A DNA stretch of 64,000 nucleotides from assembly GCA_002633005.1 (NCBI GenBank), contig NMRA01000346.1:242116-306115 (forward strand), read 5' to 3'. Below are positions 41,350-53,015 of the stretch, piece by piece (position 1 is the first letter of the stretch; every line of letters begins with the position of its first letter). The translations under genes and the position numbers were made by a program. Source of the DNA: Phoronis australis. Its lineage: Eukaryota > Animalia > Phoronida. The notes beneath the pieces were generated by a model. The model had not been told where the DNA came from, did no database searches, and worked only from the letters and a program-made list of their open reading frames with translations.

Positions 41350-41908
41350 AATAGCTTAATTTGATCGAAATAGCCTCGCCATATTGAGATTCGCTATCTC
41401 GCCCGACCACGATCATGGCCTTGGTGAACAGGTGTTCAGCGCCACCTACAGGTGCTATGTAATGCCGACGGGAGGTTTCAGTCTGCTGGTATAACAGCGT
41501 TTTAACAACTTTCCTGCTGTCATAATGCCGGAAAATTTCCAATGCTGTGTGATGGGATGTAGCAGTGCCTTACGGGAAAAAAAGCAAACATTTTGAAGAA
41601 TCAATGGATGACCGTTGGCATCGTGTTCCATACAATTTCCATTGCAATGAAGTATCCGCGACAATTCTTGCCAATGGCTGAGGCTGATAAAGCGGAATAA
41701 TTGTGATCCCAGTCGGTGTCAAAAAGCTAAAATAAATTACTGAACTTAAAATAATCAAGCAATAAGAGGGCCTGACAGTAAAAGTTACTCAACCTCTTTT
41801 TAAATTACAGAATTCTTGTCCACTAAATCTCTGCCGCGAACAATCGGAAGTCACTTTCGTGCTCTCATTACTCTAGAGAGCGCCATTGAATATGGAAAGT
41901 CCCATATT
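41350..41908 (+). mobile_element. THAP-remnant element family B, copy 3
   Basis: ATG at 41525 gives MPENFQCCVMGCSSALREKKQTF*, followed later by CQWLRLIKRNNCDPSRCQK; ends ...GAAAGTCCCATATT. Confidence 0.75.
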
Positions 41909-42829
41909 TCACACCTGTGAGTTATCTTTTAAAGAAGGCGGGTTTGTAACAGTTACAGGTATAATAAATAAAGTGCACACGTTATTGTAATGTAGGAATT
42001 ATTTCTACTTTAAGAGGTAATAGGCAGCGAGACACACCCACGTTTCAAGTTGGTGAAGACCATGGGGTCTTTTAATACATTTTCATAAAACTGAAAAGTC
42101 ACTGGATATTATAATGCATTTCGCATCTCCACCTTCAAAAATCTAGTCTACGAACACTACAAAATCGATCGTGAACTTATCCGCATTATTTAACGGTCAA
42201 ATCAGTATGACGTACACAAGGCTCGCCAACATTTTTCCAAAATCCCACCGCTTCAGGAGAACCACATGTTCTCTAGAGGTTCCAATAGGTTTTTGGAAGT
42301 TTTTTTTCAAGGTTATCAAGATTCTTGAGTTCACAAGTCGAAAGGAAGCGCAGCTAACCGTCACAACAAAATGCAACACAGTGAGAGCACAACAATTCAT
42401 GAGATCATGTCATTAGAAAATTACAATCTGACTTCAAACGCAATTTTAAAAAGTGCGTTTCTAAAAAAGCCAACCTGAACGACAGGAAGGAACGAGCCTG
42501 AAGACAATCTGAACTACAGGAAGGAACGAGCGTGACCAATGTGGCGAAGGATGCACGTGCACATGTAACGAAAAGACGTGCTCGCCTGATAATTTATACA
42601 TTGTAATCGCGATCACTTGATTAGAGTTCATAAAGATATCTGGCACGCTGAAACATCCAGCTCATTAAGTGGTTAATAGCCTTTTCATTGTGCCGGCATG
42701 TGTTTCATTCGAGTTTAAACGGCCATTAGCGTTGTCGTGTGTAAGACTGTCAATAGACCAAAGGCATCAGATGAACCTTAACTGATTACAGAATTTTGAT
42801 CAAAAACTATCAAAAGCTTGAAGAAGGTC

Positions 42830-42985
42830 CAGCGCTGTATTGGGGCGTAGGCGCACGTAGTCGCGGCTAACCACCTTTTGTCATTTGAACGTAGCTCCTA
42901 CGCACCGAAAGTTACGTTCAGTGCTCAAGGTGATACGGTGGGCTTTGGACGCTTACTTACCTCTACTTTTACCATTACAGCACTG
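42830..42985 (+). mobile_element. hAT-like MITE family A, copy 3
   Basis: Same internal sequence and TIRs; 8-bp TSD AGAAGGTC / ACAAGGTC. Confidence 0.92.
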
Positions 42986-44475
42986 ACAAGGTCACGAAAA
43001 CTCACGAGACCTGCATGTAAATTATTTCCGCGGAACCGGCAAAAGAAATTTCTAGCGGTAGTTGGAGCACAGGCAAACACGTTTACAGCTCATTCTTCCT
43101 GAAGCGTTTTACGGGTTTGGAGTGAACTTCTGTTATTGCCCGAGGCCATGCCCGACACATGAAATGCCTCGCCGGCGTGACATGACGATTTTGTCTCAAG
43201 TATTGACGGAGAGTTCCTTCAAAACCCACAAATCAGCGCTGATTTGACCAACGAACACAGCAATTAGAGACAATTTTCCATAGCATTCTACATGTAAATC
43301 AAAGGTTAGTTTTGTGTCCGAAAGTAGGTTTCGCTTTAAGTGTATATTCACTGAAAATGCTTTTGTAAGAAAATCGTCAATGAATTACCACACTGGCGAA
43401 ATAATTGGCTTAGGATATTCTTAAAGCATTTTACTCCATGATTCTGGTTGCTACTTTGCGGACAGGCGATAATGACGTCAAATGAATATCCGTCGAAACT
43501 TGAACCTTATAACCTTGCGTCATCAAACTATTGCCGACAAATTGAAGACCTTAGGGGTTGCTCTCGTCGTGTGGTTCTTTCAAAAACTTTTAGTTGGTGA
43601 GCCATAGAACTCCTGTGCTTCAAAAAGAAATTCACATGATGGCTCTAGTGAAGCAATGGTCCCATTGATCTGCATGCGTTTACTTGTTCAGCCACCACGA
43701 GCGTAAATTATCATGCGCTGTACTTGGATAAGGCCAGATTATCTCCATATGCGGCATTTTCAGACGAACAAAACATCACAATATCTTGAAATACCGGGCA
43801 TCAATTTTTTAAATTTTCTCCAAGCGACCACTTCCGGTGTTGATAACCAGGCTTCATTTCTACTCATTTCCTTTTTCGTAAATAGTCTGTCGAACTACTT
43901 CTGTGCGGACTCCAGAAATGCCGTCGATTTCCACGATTCCGACACATGCATGAGACAGTTTCGCGACCTAGTGGCTTCATGTACACGTAAATGTTTCGAG
44001 TATTTTTAGCCATGGTATTTACCTCCCCGGTTGGAATTGACTGGGCACTGCCTGTGAAGCTTATAATTCAGTATTGTTCAGTTTGGCTGATTTTTGAGTC
44101 CTTTCTGGTTGCAAAATGCAATTTTGATCTATTATTCCCAGCAAGCGGGATTTGAATTTCATCAAGAAATCTAGGTACATGTACCCTTTAAACACTGCGG
44201 ATATGTAACCATCACATGATTTTTATAATCTGGATGAATTGTCTCTAGCTATTAATCCCAAGCGAATGGCGACCTTAGGATTTGATATATGGTTTGTTTG
44301 ACTGGCCTGGCACAACTCCCCTTATTTTCATTTTTTCCCGTTTAACCGTGAGGAAAAGTAAGCGGGAACTGAGTGGATCTGATTTTCAGTTTAAAAACTC
44401 AGCAGTGAGTGTTCACTGTCACTGAAACAGGTTAGTTGTGTGCGGTTTTGGCGGATTGCGCACTACTTCGCGTGA

Positions 44476-44637
44476 TAGTGCTGTAGAGGTAAAATTAGAG
44501 GAAAGGAGGCGCCCAAAGCCCACCGTATCACCTTGAGCACTGAATGTACATGTAACTTACGGTGCGTAGGCGCTACGTTGAAATGCCAAAAGGAGGTTAG
44601 CTGCGCCTACGTGCGTCTAGTCCCCACTAAAGCACTG
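44476..44637 (-). mobile_element. hAT-like MITE family A, copy 4 (inverted)
   Basis: Reverse complement of copies 1-3; carries a 6-bp insertion that creates TACATGTA at 44547-44554; TSD not recognisable. Confidence 0.88.
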
Positions 44638-47600
44638 ATATCGACATTCTTGCTTTACGTCACGGGCCCGGTACGTGACCAGGCTATCGCGTGGTATCTC
44701 TTGCGGATGAGAGACACATGCAAGTCAAGAACTGTTTTCTGTTCTCAATATAATTCCAATGTAGTTCTACAGCAACACCCATTACGTAACCGTCTGTCGT
44801 GGATAGGGGATATTTACCTATACACTATGGTATAGCCCCTCTCTTACATGTTCTGTTATGCCACAGCCATGGCCATGTTTACTTTTTATCGCGTAAATGT
44901 TACTGAGTAAAAACATACGATTGTTGATTCTCAAAGCATAAGCTTCAACAATAACAAACTGACGGGGTTTCGTAAGGTTTCCCCAGTCATGGTCTGTGTA
45001 TTCACAGAGAGATCACGTGAAGCAGCATTTGGGTAAATTGGCGAATAATGAGCCGTTTAAAAACCACGTAAACTGCACGAAACTGTCTTGCTATTGAACA
45101 AACCTTAACTGCTTTTTAATTCATCCATAGTTCATTTATCGACTTAAATCTGTGTTAAATTTCGCCAAATGTTTTGGGCGGCGCATAAAACCAGTTCCAT
45201 TAGGGTCTGAGCATAAAATTGCGCACTTACAGACGCAAAATATTGGTTGTTTATTGACTCTATGTTGCATTTCAAGCTTATAACACGTTTTACATTTTTT
45301 TGGACTTAAACTTTAAAATGTGTACATCCATACTGAGTCACGGAATGCCGCTGATTTGATGACATTGTGTTTCACTTTTTCTTAATAATAGTCACCAATT
45401 TATTAAGACACATACAATAATATAATAAAATTCAGCCCGGAAACCACAGGGAGCATTACATCCGGGCTTTAGACAATAAACACACAATAATAAACGGGAA
45501 TATTAAACTGTAATCATTATACAAAAGCTTTTTCCTAGTGGGGTCTGGCGGATAACAGCCGGAGCCTCACTTCAGTGGTTGTAATTTATCCAGCTGTACG
45601 TAAGTATTCCCTCGTTAGCCTTTGCACTTTCGATTTGGACTTATAAAACATAACTTCTGGTGCGGCTTTTATTATTTACTCTCGGTCGTGTTTCAGTAAA
45701 AGCTTCGAGCTGTAAAAATAGAACTCGTTCGGAGTGACAAAAGATAACGAAGACGTATATCAGAGTGGGTTTGTGTATTCACCGTTGCCACAAGTTTACC
45801 TCAAATGAACTTTTTCGGGGAACCACCGCTGTGTTTATTCTTCGACTAGCACTGGTGTAAAATCGCTAAACAGTGGGACGAAAATGATAACTGAACCAAA
45901 ACAACGATGCAGAGAAACATTTGTTTAACCACAAAAACCCAAGCCAGTTTGAGAAAGACTTCAGAACTGGACTGAGTCAAAATCACCCACCTAAGATACA
46001 TCTTGAATAGGTTTGCACTCTTAATCGTATGACCATTAACCGGTGGGATGATAATATTTATGGGATAGCAATGATGAGTTGCAGCGATAACATGTAAGTC
46101 GTTTAAACCAAAAAGCCCATTTGGTTCTGGTTTACGCGCCGACTCATTTTGAAACCTGTGCCTCACTATTTGACGCAGCTGAAAACCATGGCAATTCGGT
46201 GAAGCGTATTTGTTCAGTCTAACCAACGTCATCACGTTTCTGCCAATTGGGTACCGTAAAAACGCTTGAAATTCCTTTAGCAGTTATACTGCTTTGGTGA
46301 CCGAACTAACCCGCCTGGACAAGCATCCTAGACTTAAATGGGACCGGCCTGAAGCAATGACAACGTCTCATTTCTTCTCACGTAAGAAGCAAAGTGAGAC
46401 CCATTTACTATCAGAACGTGGTCCAGATTAAAAATTGAATTTTGACGTAGCTGTAATTGAGCGACCGCCCGCACACCCTTGAGACAAGTTTTCGATCATT
46501 TTTCATAAGCCACACAAAGACATGCAAGCTAGAATCTTAACCTGCCATGTCAGCTACTGTCACCTCCTCGTTGGACTCATTGACTGGCTGTACATGTAGG
46601 TATGACTAATGATTGAAATGCATGAGTGCCCCCTGCTTCGGTCCCTAATTGACACCACCGCAGGTAAAAGCGTCACTGCACCACTAAGGTACATGTATGT
46701 TTAAAATTAGAAAGACAAAATTCGACCTCTTGCGGTGATACCAGGTGGATTTTTTTGAAAACTGAACAAAATTGAAAATGCCGCATCACCGTATCAGTTG
46801 AAAACACACTGCAGATCAGAACCAACGAGTGCTTTGGGCTTATTGTAGGTTCTTATTTTTTGAAAGAAGTCTTGCCTAAGGGGTACTCTCGGTAAACGAG
46901 CAGATCTTGAACAATTTGGAATTCATACAATTCATATGAAATCTGTACCTCTCTGTTCAATGTAAGCCGGTTTACGATTTGAATATCCACTGGTTATAGC
47001 GGCACATGCCTACTATCGAGAGGCACCCTATCCACAGGTAGTTTCGTTACATATGCAGTACCCTAAAACACCTACAGAATAACTGACCACCTACTACGTA
47101 GCGACATTGGACGCCGTGCATGCAGCAATAAAAAATATGAGAGTATGACATCACAAAATGTTGATTTATAGTTTTAAAAGGGAACAGTTTATCAAAAAAT
47201 CCATCTATGCTAAAGACGAATTCAGGCAATCGCGACTCCTTCAGCATTTATACATGTACATGTAGGCTGCAATATACTAATTTTAAGTTAACCTGTGTAT
47301 TACGATGTACCGTTCTATTGCCGTCGGCAAACGGCCAAACACGACTTTTTGAATTGTTACTATGATAACAAACCTGGGTTTCAGCATCAATGTTTTCCAA
47401 TGTACGCGACAAATAACATGCCAAGGGCTTGAGCAACACAGTGATTGATTGTCACCTCCCGTCACGAACCATCTCTGTTAATACTGCTTCTAGAGGCTCT
47501 TCTGATATGTCATGAAACGACGGGACAAATGGTCGCACAGGTGTAAGCTCACAAACACCTTCAACTATAGCTGTCTACTACATGTGCAGTTGTTATTTGA

Positions 47601-48044
47601 ACGCTTAACACACTCTATCCATGCCCAGCACATCCAAGGTAAACACGGTATTATTCAGAGACACGTGCGATATATTTTGTAAAAACTGATGGCTAAAATT
47701 ACCAGTCAGCCAATCATGTGAAAGAGCTCTGATTCGGATTAAAGGTGATTGGTCAGAATCACCCAGCTATGGGACGCGATCAATGCAGTGGATTTTTTTA
47801 ATTGCTTTAGATTTTCAAAGATGTAAATAAATCCGAGGCATAAGTACTGCGTGTTCCTATGGAGAAAACTGAAGAGTATGACTCGTCCATCACGAGATTA
47901 ATCCTAACGTCAATAAACGCGTACATGTACTCCGGAAACTCGAGCATGTCACTCTATAGCCTGAAGCCAATCGTTCAGGGATTCAGTCATGCGTAGTCTC
48001 GTTCCGGCCTCCAACGAGTTGCCGGCTTTCTGTAAGCCGAAAAC

Positions 48045-48270
48045 ACAGCCAAGTTCTTGACTGTACTGACTTCCTTGTTGGGAAAGTCACGTGAGTTGAC
48101 TAACCAGATACGTGCCGTCACTTTCGCATTTAAAAAGGCTGTTGAAATGTATAAAAAGCCTCTTGTTTGTTTTTTGCTTTTATTCTTTGTACAGTGAATT
48201 ATTCCAAATACCCTACAAGTACTATAGTACAAGTGTGCAATATGTAAGATAAGGTTTGTTTCAGTGCTGT
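48045..48270 (+). repeat. Dispersed repeat D, copy 2
   Basis: Collinear similarity to 36220-36410. Confidence 0.65.
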
Positions 48271-51200
48271 GTGTTTACTTTGAACACCAGTACAGGGCCG
48301 CACACACTGAGGTTATGAAAGTGTTAAAGTCATAGGCGGAAATCGACATGAAAATAAAGGTAAAAAATATTGTGTAGACGGGAACAATGTTTGAACTTGT
48401 TGGTAAGGACTGCCTTCGTTGATAATTTGGTAGACGTCATTTTTATGGCCATTCAGGAGGTAGAATAGATCGGAACCATCTAGTTCCTGTCAGGAACTAA
48501 TCTAAGTTCTGCAATGCATAAACGCGGCTGTAATTCTACACGGTCTTGGTATAAACTAAAATGTTGTAAATGTCGTATCGACACATTCACTGTGGTCTAA
48601 TAGGCGACTGCCCATAGACGCAATTTATATTTTTGTCAATTTCACTACGTGCAGTTTCGGATTTTCTTTCTACTACATACTGTAAGTTAGTCATTCAAGT
48701 CACCGATGACAATACAACTTTATTTCTAACTGACAGAATAGTTCTTTACTTGTCTATACAAATGCATGACATTTAGCCCTCCGGCAACGCTGTGGTCTTA
48801 AGTTAACGTCATTCTAACACTTCACTGTATTTGTACATTTTACATGTACCTGCCCTTGTTCCAAAGAGACCACGTGAGCAGGGACGACACGAGGCCCTGA
48901 ACAACACAGAAGGTTATTTAGGTCGTAAAGGAATGACAATTCCATTAAAACACAGGCGATCGATTGCACGTAATGCCAAGAACAGGGAAATGTGTTGTTT
49001 GCACTTTTGCTGTGATCCATCACACACGTACAATGATTAGAAAATGTGTGAAAACGTCCCAGGTAATCACGGTAAAATTTGCTATCTTAGCCCATCTGCC
49101 GGGAAAGTTTTTGCTCGTTTGTCATGTAATTGCCATACTTGGACTAGGAAATGCCGCTGTGAAGAACAAAAGATGCGATGTGCTTAGGTGGCACTCAACA
49201 GCTTCTCCTCATTTTGCCTCCCCAGAACTGAGAGAAAGCATTACATTTCTTTACTACAACAAATCTACAAAAGGTTAACCATATGCATGTACTAGTAATA
49301 AATAAATCTTGCCTACCGTTTAAAAACGTGCATAAAAATGTGTTTCTTTTGCTTTTTTGCCCACGACAAACCTAGCCAGCTGTGCTGAAAAACGAACCAA
49401 AACACACAAAATTCTCACTTCTCAAGTCAAAACCCTGAATCGCGTGCGACTTACCAGCAGACGACGCACTGAGAATGCCAAAACACCCCAATTCTAAAAT
49501 TGGATAGACAATGAGTGTCGACCAGACATTTTTGCTAACCTGAGAAGTTTGAGGGGGACGAAAGCTTGCGTTGCCGACTGCAAGTGGTAGAATGTTTATT
49601 AAGAGCCACGAGTGCAAGAAAAGCAGGTCAACGGGGCAACAAACTGCATTTTTTCAAAAAAGAGCGGGGTTGAAAAATAAACAAATGCTATTTGCAGTCA
49701 TCGCACTTAGTGTGCCTAGCCAATCCAGCAGGTGCACCTTTTATGAAATTTGGGGGGTTGGACTGTTGCTATTGAGAGCCACCTTTATTTCAAGGAGGCA
49801 ATACCTCCCCTTCTGTTAAAATGACTTGTGAATTAGGTCACACTGTTACAAGAGTGGTCTCATCTAGTTATTTACGGAGATTAGAGACGATTTTCAGACT
49901 GAAGAAGAACTTACAGATTGTCATCACTTGAGACCAAGCTCATCGAAATTGCTTGTAGCTGCGAGTTAATTTTAGAGACTGCCAAAGCAGTGAGTTGGAG
50001 GAGTTCCAGACTAGTTACTATAACCAATTCAAATTCACACAAGTATAGGTACCCGATGACGTTGCATTGGAAGAACGAATACGGCCAATGAAGAAAGTTA
50101 ATGTTTTAAAACTCTGAACATGGTTTACACAGGATTTATCTGGTTACTGATATGACTTGCATCATAATATTATTATGAGAGAGGAAAATATAAATCAAAT
50201 TGAAGATGGCAGTCATTGGTAAATAATACGTGTAAATAAAAAAGTGTAAATAATACGTGTAAATAACAATTAATAATGTGCAGCACACACTTGATTGATG
50301 AGACAGGGATGTAAAAAGCATATTAAACTATACTTGAACTTTCTCCACAGGGGGTACGAATCGACTGACTCGACAAACGATTTACACCGATATCAGAAAT
50401 AACAAATGACAACTACATGCAGTGACAGTAACTAACTATTTTTCCGGCTAGCAGGTAAACACATAAGGCTCACTCAGCAGACAGGTGATGAAATGTCATG
50501 TGGAATCGAAATTACCGCGAGTCAACGGGAAAACTGAACGGTGTATAGTGTTTGCTCGCTGGTGTACCTCGATTGTTTTTGTGATGAGTCTTCGAGCGAG
50601 ATTAATGACATAAAGGGTTATACCAGCTATGGCGTTCATATTCGAATGTGACGTTTCACACGTTATCGAACGATCCGTCGTCGAAATGACCAACTGTTAC
50701 TAACTCAGTAGGATGTTACGGCAATTAACTTGATAACTGCTAAAGACGTTGACTCACGCAGACGAATTAAACGAAGCTAACTGAATAGTCAAAGTTCTAT
50801 AGCCCATGAAACACATAATAAAATCGATCCGATTAAACTGACTATAACCATTAATAATGCTTTAAGCCTGCTCTGCTTTATGTTATGAGAGTTCCCGCTA
50901 CCGCGTTGTATTATAAATTAGGTTTAGTCTGACAGTACAGAAACTTGTTGCAAGGAAGGCGACACCGAGTGCCAGAAGGTGGCGATAATTGCAGTTTGGT
51001 GGTATATGCAACAACGCCTAAGTGCAACAACCAACAAAAGTTGTGATGGCAATCAAACATAAATGCAATAACTATTCACTGAACTCATAAATTAATTAAA
51101 GGTGTATTGCGACCCCTTTCAGTTACAAAGTAACAACCCCTTCAAACCAATCTCCTTCTTAATAGTCTTCAAATTTTTTACATTAGGTCACAACATGTGT

Positions 51201-51617
51201 ACGTCATAGGCTTGGGAATAAATAACTCTTCGTTATTGCTCGCAGTGTTTTTTAATAAATTAGCTTGAACCGGCAAAGGGGATCATTTTATGCGCCAAGC
51301 AGGGCCTCAAGCAATAGCCAGCTGTCAGTTTTTCCCAAATCCAGAAATCCGTTGCCAAGAGTAAGAATCGATTGTAGCACAGTTAATTACCATGTGGTGG
51401 AACAGAAAATCTTTTGGCAGAAAGCAGGTTCATTGCAACCATAATCAGGTTCATTAATGTAAAATTAAGGCGGAGATACCATATTAAAATGCACCAGTTA
51501 TCACTTCTCTGCTTCGTCGTCAAGGCGCATGAGCGAAATGACGTCATCTTCCCTTTGTCCCTTCCCTAGTTGTATATAAAATGTTCACTTACTTAGAGAC
51601 GTGGTTGGTTGTGGGCA

Positions 51618-51651
51618 GACGTTTCGACCTGGTCCGCCAGGTCTTCGTCGA
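51618..51651 (-). ncRNA. Hammerhead-ribozyme-like motif (variant core), minus-strand arm
   Basis: UCGACGA-A, stem II GACCUGG/CCAGGUC with CGGA loop, GAAAC, GUC. Confidence 0.5.
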
Positions 51652-51716
51652 TGAATGAGGGATTTCCCGCCTTACGCTCGTTAAGAATGCTGGAGTACAC
51701 GGGGTAGGCGGAGTGA

Positions 51717-51750
51717 TCGACAAAGACCTGGCGAACCAGGTCGAAACGTC
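51717..51750 (+). ncRNA. Hammerhead-ribozyme-like motif (variant core), plus-strand arm
   Basis: UCGACAA-A, 7-bp stem II GACCUGG/CCAGGUC with CGAA loop, GAAAC, GUC; stem I is poor. Confidence 0.5.
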
Positions 51751-52709
51751 TGCCAACAAGCAGCAACGTCTCTAAGTAAGTGAACATTTTATATACAATG
51801 CCTCTAGAGACCAATGACGAACCTATTCTCCCTTCCCTAGTTGTCAGAAAATAAACGAAAGAACCATGTAAAACATTTGCGGAGTCACAGTGACTTCCCC
51901 GTCTTGCGGAAGGGCTATCTAGTAGCAAGAGTTTCACTCGAAACTAAAGAGTAACTTCTGGTGTGTCAAGAAATGTGTAGTCTTTTCCCCAAAGCCGCAG
52001 AGTGAGTCGTTTGTTTGCATTTTGATGGATAAAAGACACTTATGCATTAGCAGCGTTGCCATGTCAAAATAGTTTCATACTTATTTCACAATTTGTCTCT
52101 GTAAGAAAAGCAGCTAGACATTCAGTTTGAATAAAACAATCTTCCTGATACGTACGATTAGCTATAGTTTGCAAGATCACTCAAATTGTATCAATTGTTA
52201 ATTAAATGAACAATTTCTTGTGCATTACACCCCTTTTGCTTTTTCTGCCATCTGCCAGCAAAAAAAATGTGCCTGAATAACAAATTGTTTTGTGGAAGGT
52301 GAACCCCACAGACTGCAGGGAAGAAAATCACTGACGTAATGGGAGGTGACGTTTACCTCAGATTCAACAGGCCCCCTTTTCCCATACGGTAAAATATTGC
52401 CCTTTTTCTAAAAAAGTGTAACGTGACGATGCCAATCATAAACAGACGTCATACTTGTAGCGTCAATGCGCGAAAATAACGCTTGTCGGAGTTGCCAACG
52501 ATATAATTTGTTCGGTAGAATTCAGTTGCGTAAACAGTTTCATCCAAAATTTTCATTTTTTTCCTACCAAACATAAAAAGGTTGTACCTCGCAGAATACC
52601 TTTACAGTCGGAATTTAACAAATCAGCAGTTAACGATCACACAGTTAAAGAAAATTTTGTAATTCAATGGAAAAAATGCTCCACTATTGGACAGAGAGTC
52701 AGTGGACTG

Positions 52710-53015
52710 GAACTGTGTATCCATTTGTTGCATCTTGTCATATTTGCCGTTTTGCGTGACGCCCCATCTGGTAGCCAATAGGCCAATACTCGTCTGGTTT
52801 CGTATACCCACCTGGTCCCATGAGGCACTATGCATTTTTCTGTACCCATTTGATACTCTATACTTCAGTGTAGCAATTTGGCAGTGTGTACCCATCTGGT
52901 CGATGCAGTACTGTGTACTCATCTAACTGGTAACCAACGTATGCGGTATTGACGTACCATGTGAAACTTTAGCGTTTATATTTTGTGATACCCCGTATCC
53001 ATCTGCTACGCACCA
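52710..53015 (+). repeat. Degenerate ~40-bp periodic repeat with a TGTACCCATCTGGT-like core
   Basis: Core variants at ~52715, 52760, 52803, 52840, 52885, 52912, 52953 and 52993, separated by divergent spacers. Confidence 0.6.

Larger units (their letters stand above)
51574..51828 (-). mobile_element. Short Penelope-like element insertion with inverted pseudo-LTRs
   Basis: ~80-bp inverted repeat (51570-51652 vs 51716-51798); each arm has GAC(G/A)AAGACCTGG-N4-CCAGGTCGAAACGTC. One arm has an extra ~30-nt tail. A 16-bp direct repeat TCCCTTCCCTAGTTGT flanks the insert (51558-51573, 51829-51844). The minus-strand spacer reads ..PVYSSIL.., resembling the end of a PLE ORF. Confidence 0.82.

Noticed and set aside
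42482-42535. Short direct duplications (ACAGGAAGGAACGAGC x2; also TAAATAATACGTGTAAATAA x2 near 50220)
   Set aside because: Ordinary local tandem duplications with no element between them.
52710-53015. CRISPR-like repeat/spacer appearance (also considered for 28550-29200 and 29670-29760)
   Set aside because: Repeats are short and degenerate with irregular spacing, no cas genes are present, and the context is eukaryotic.
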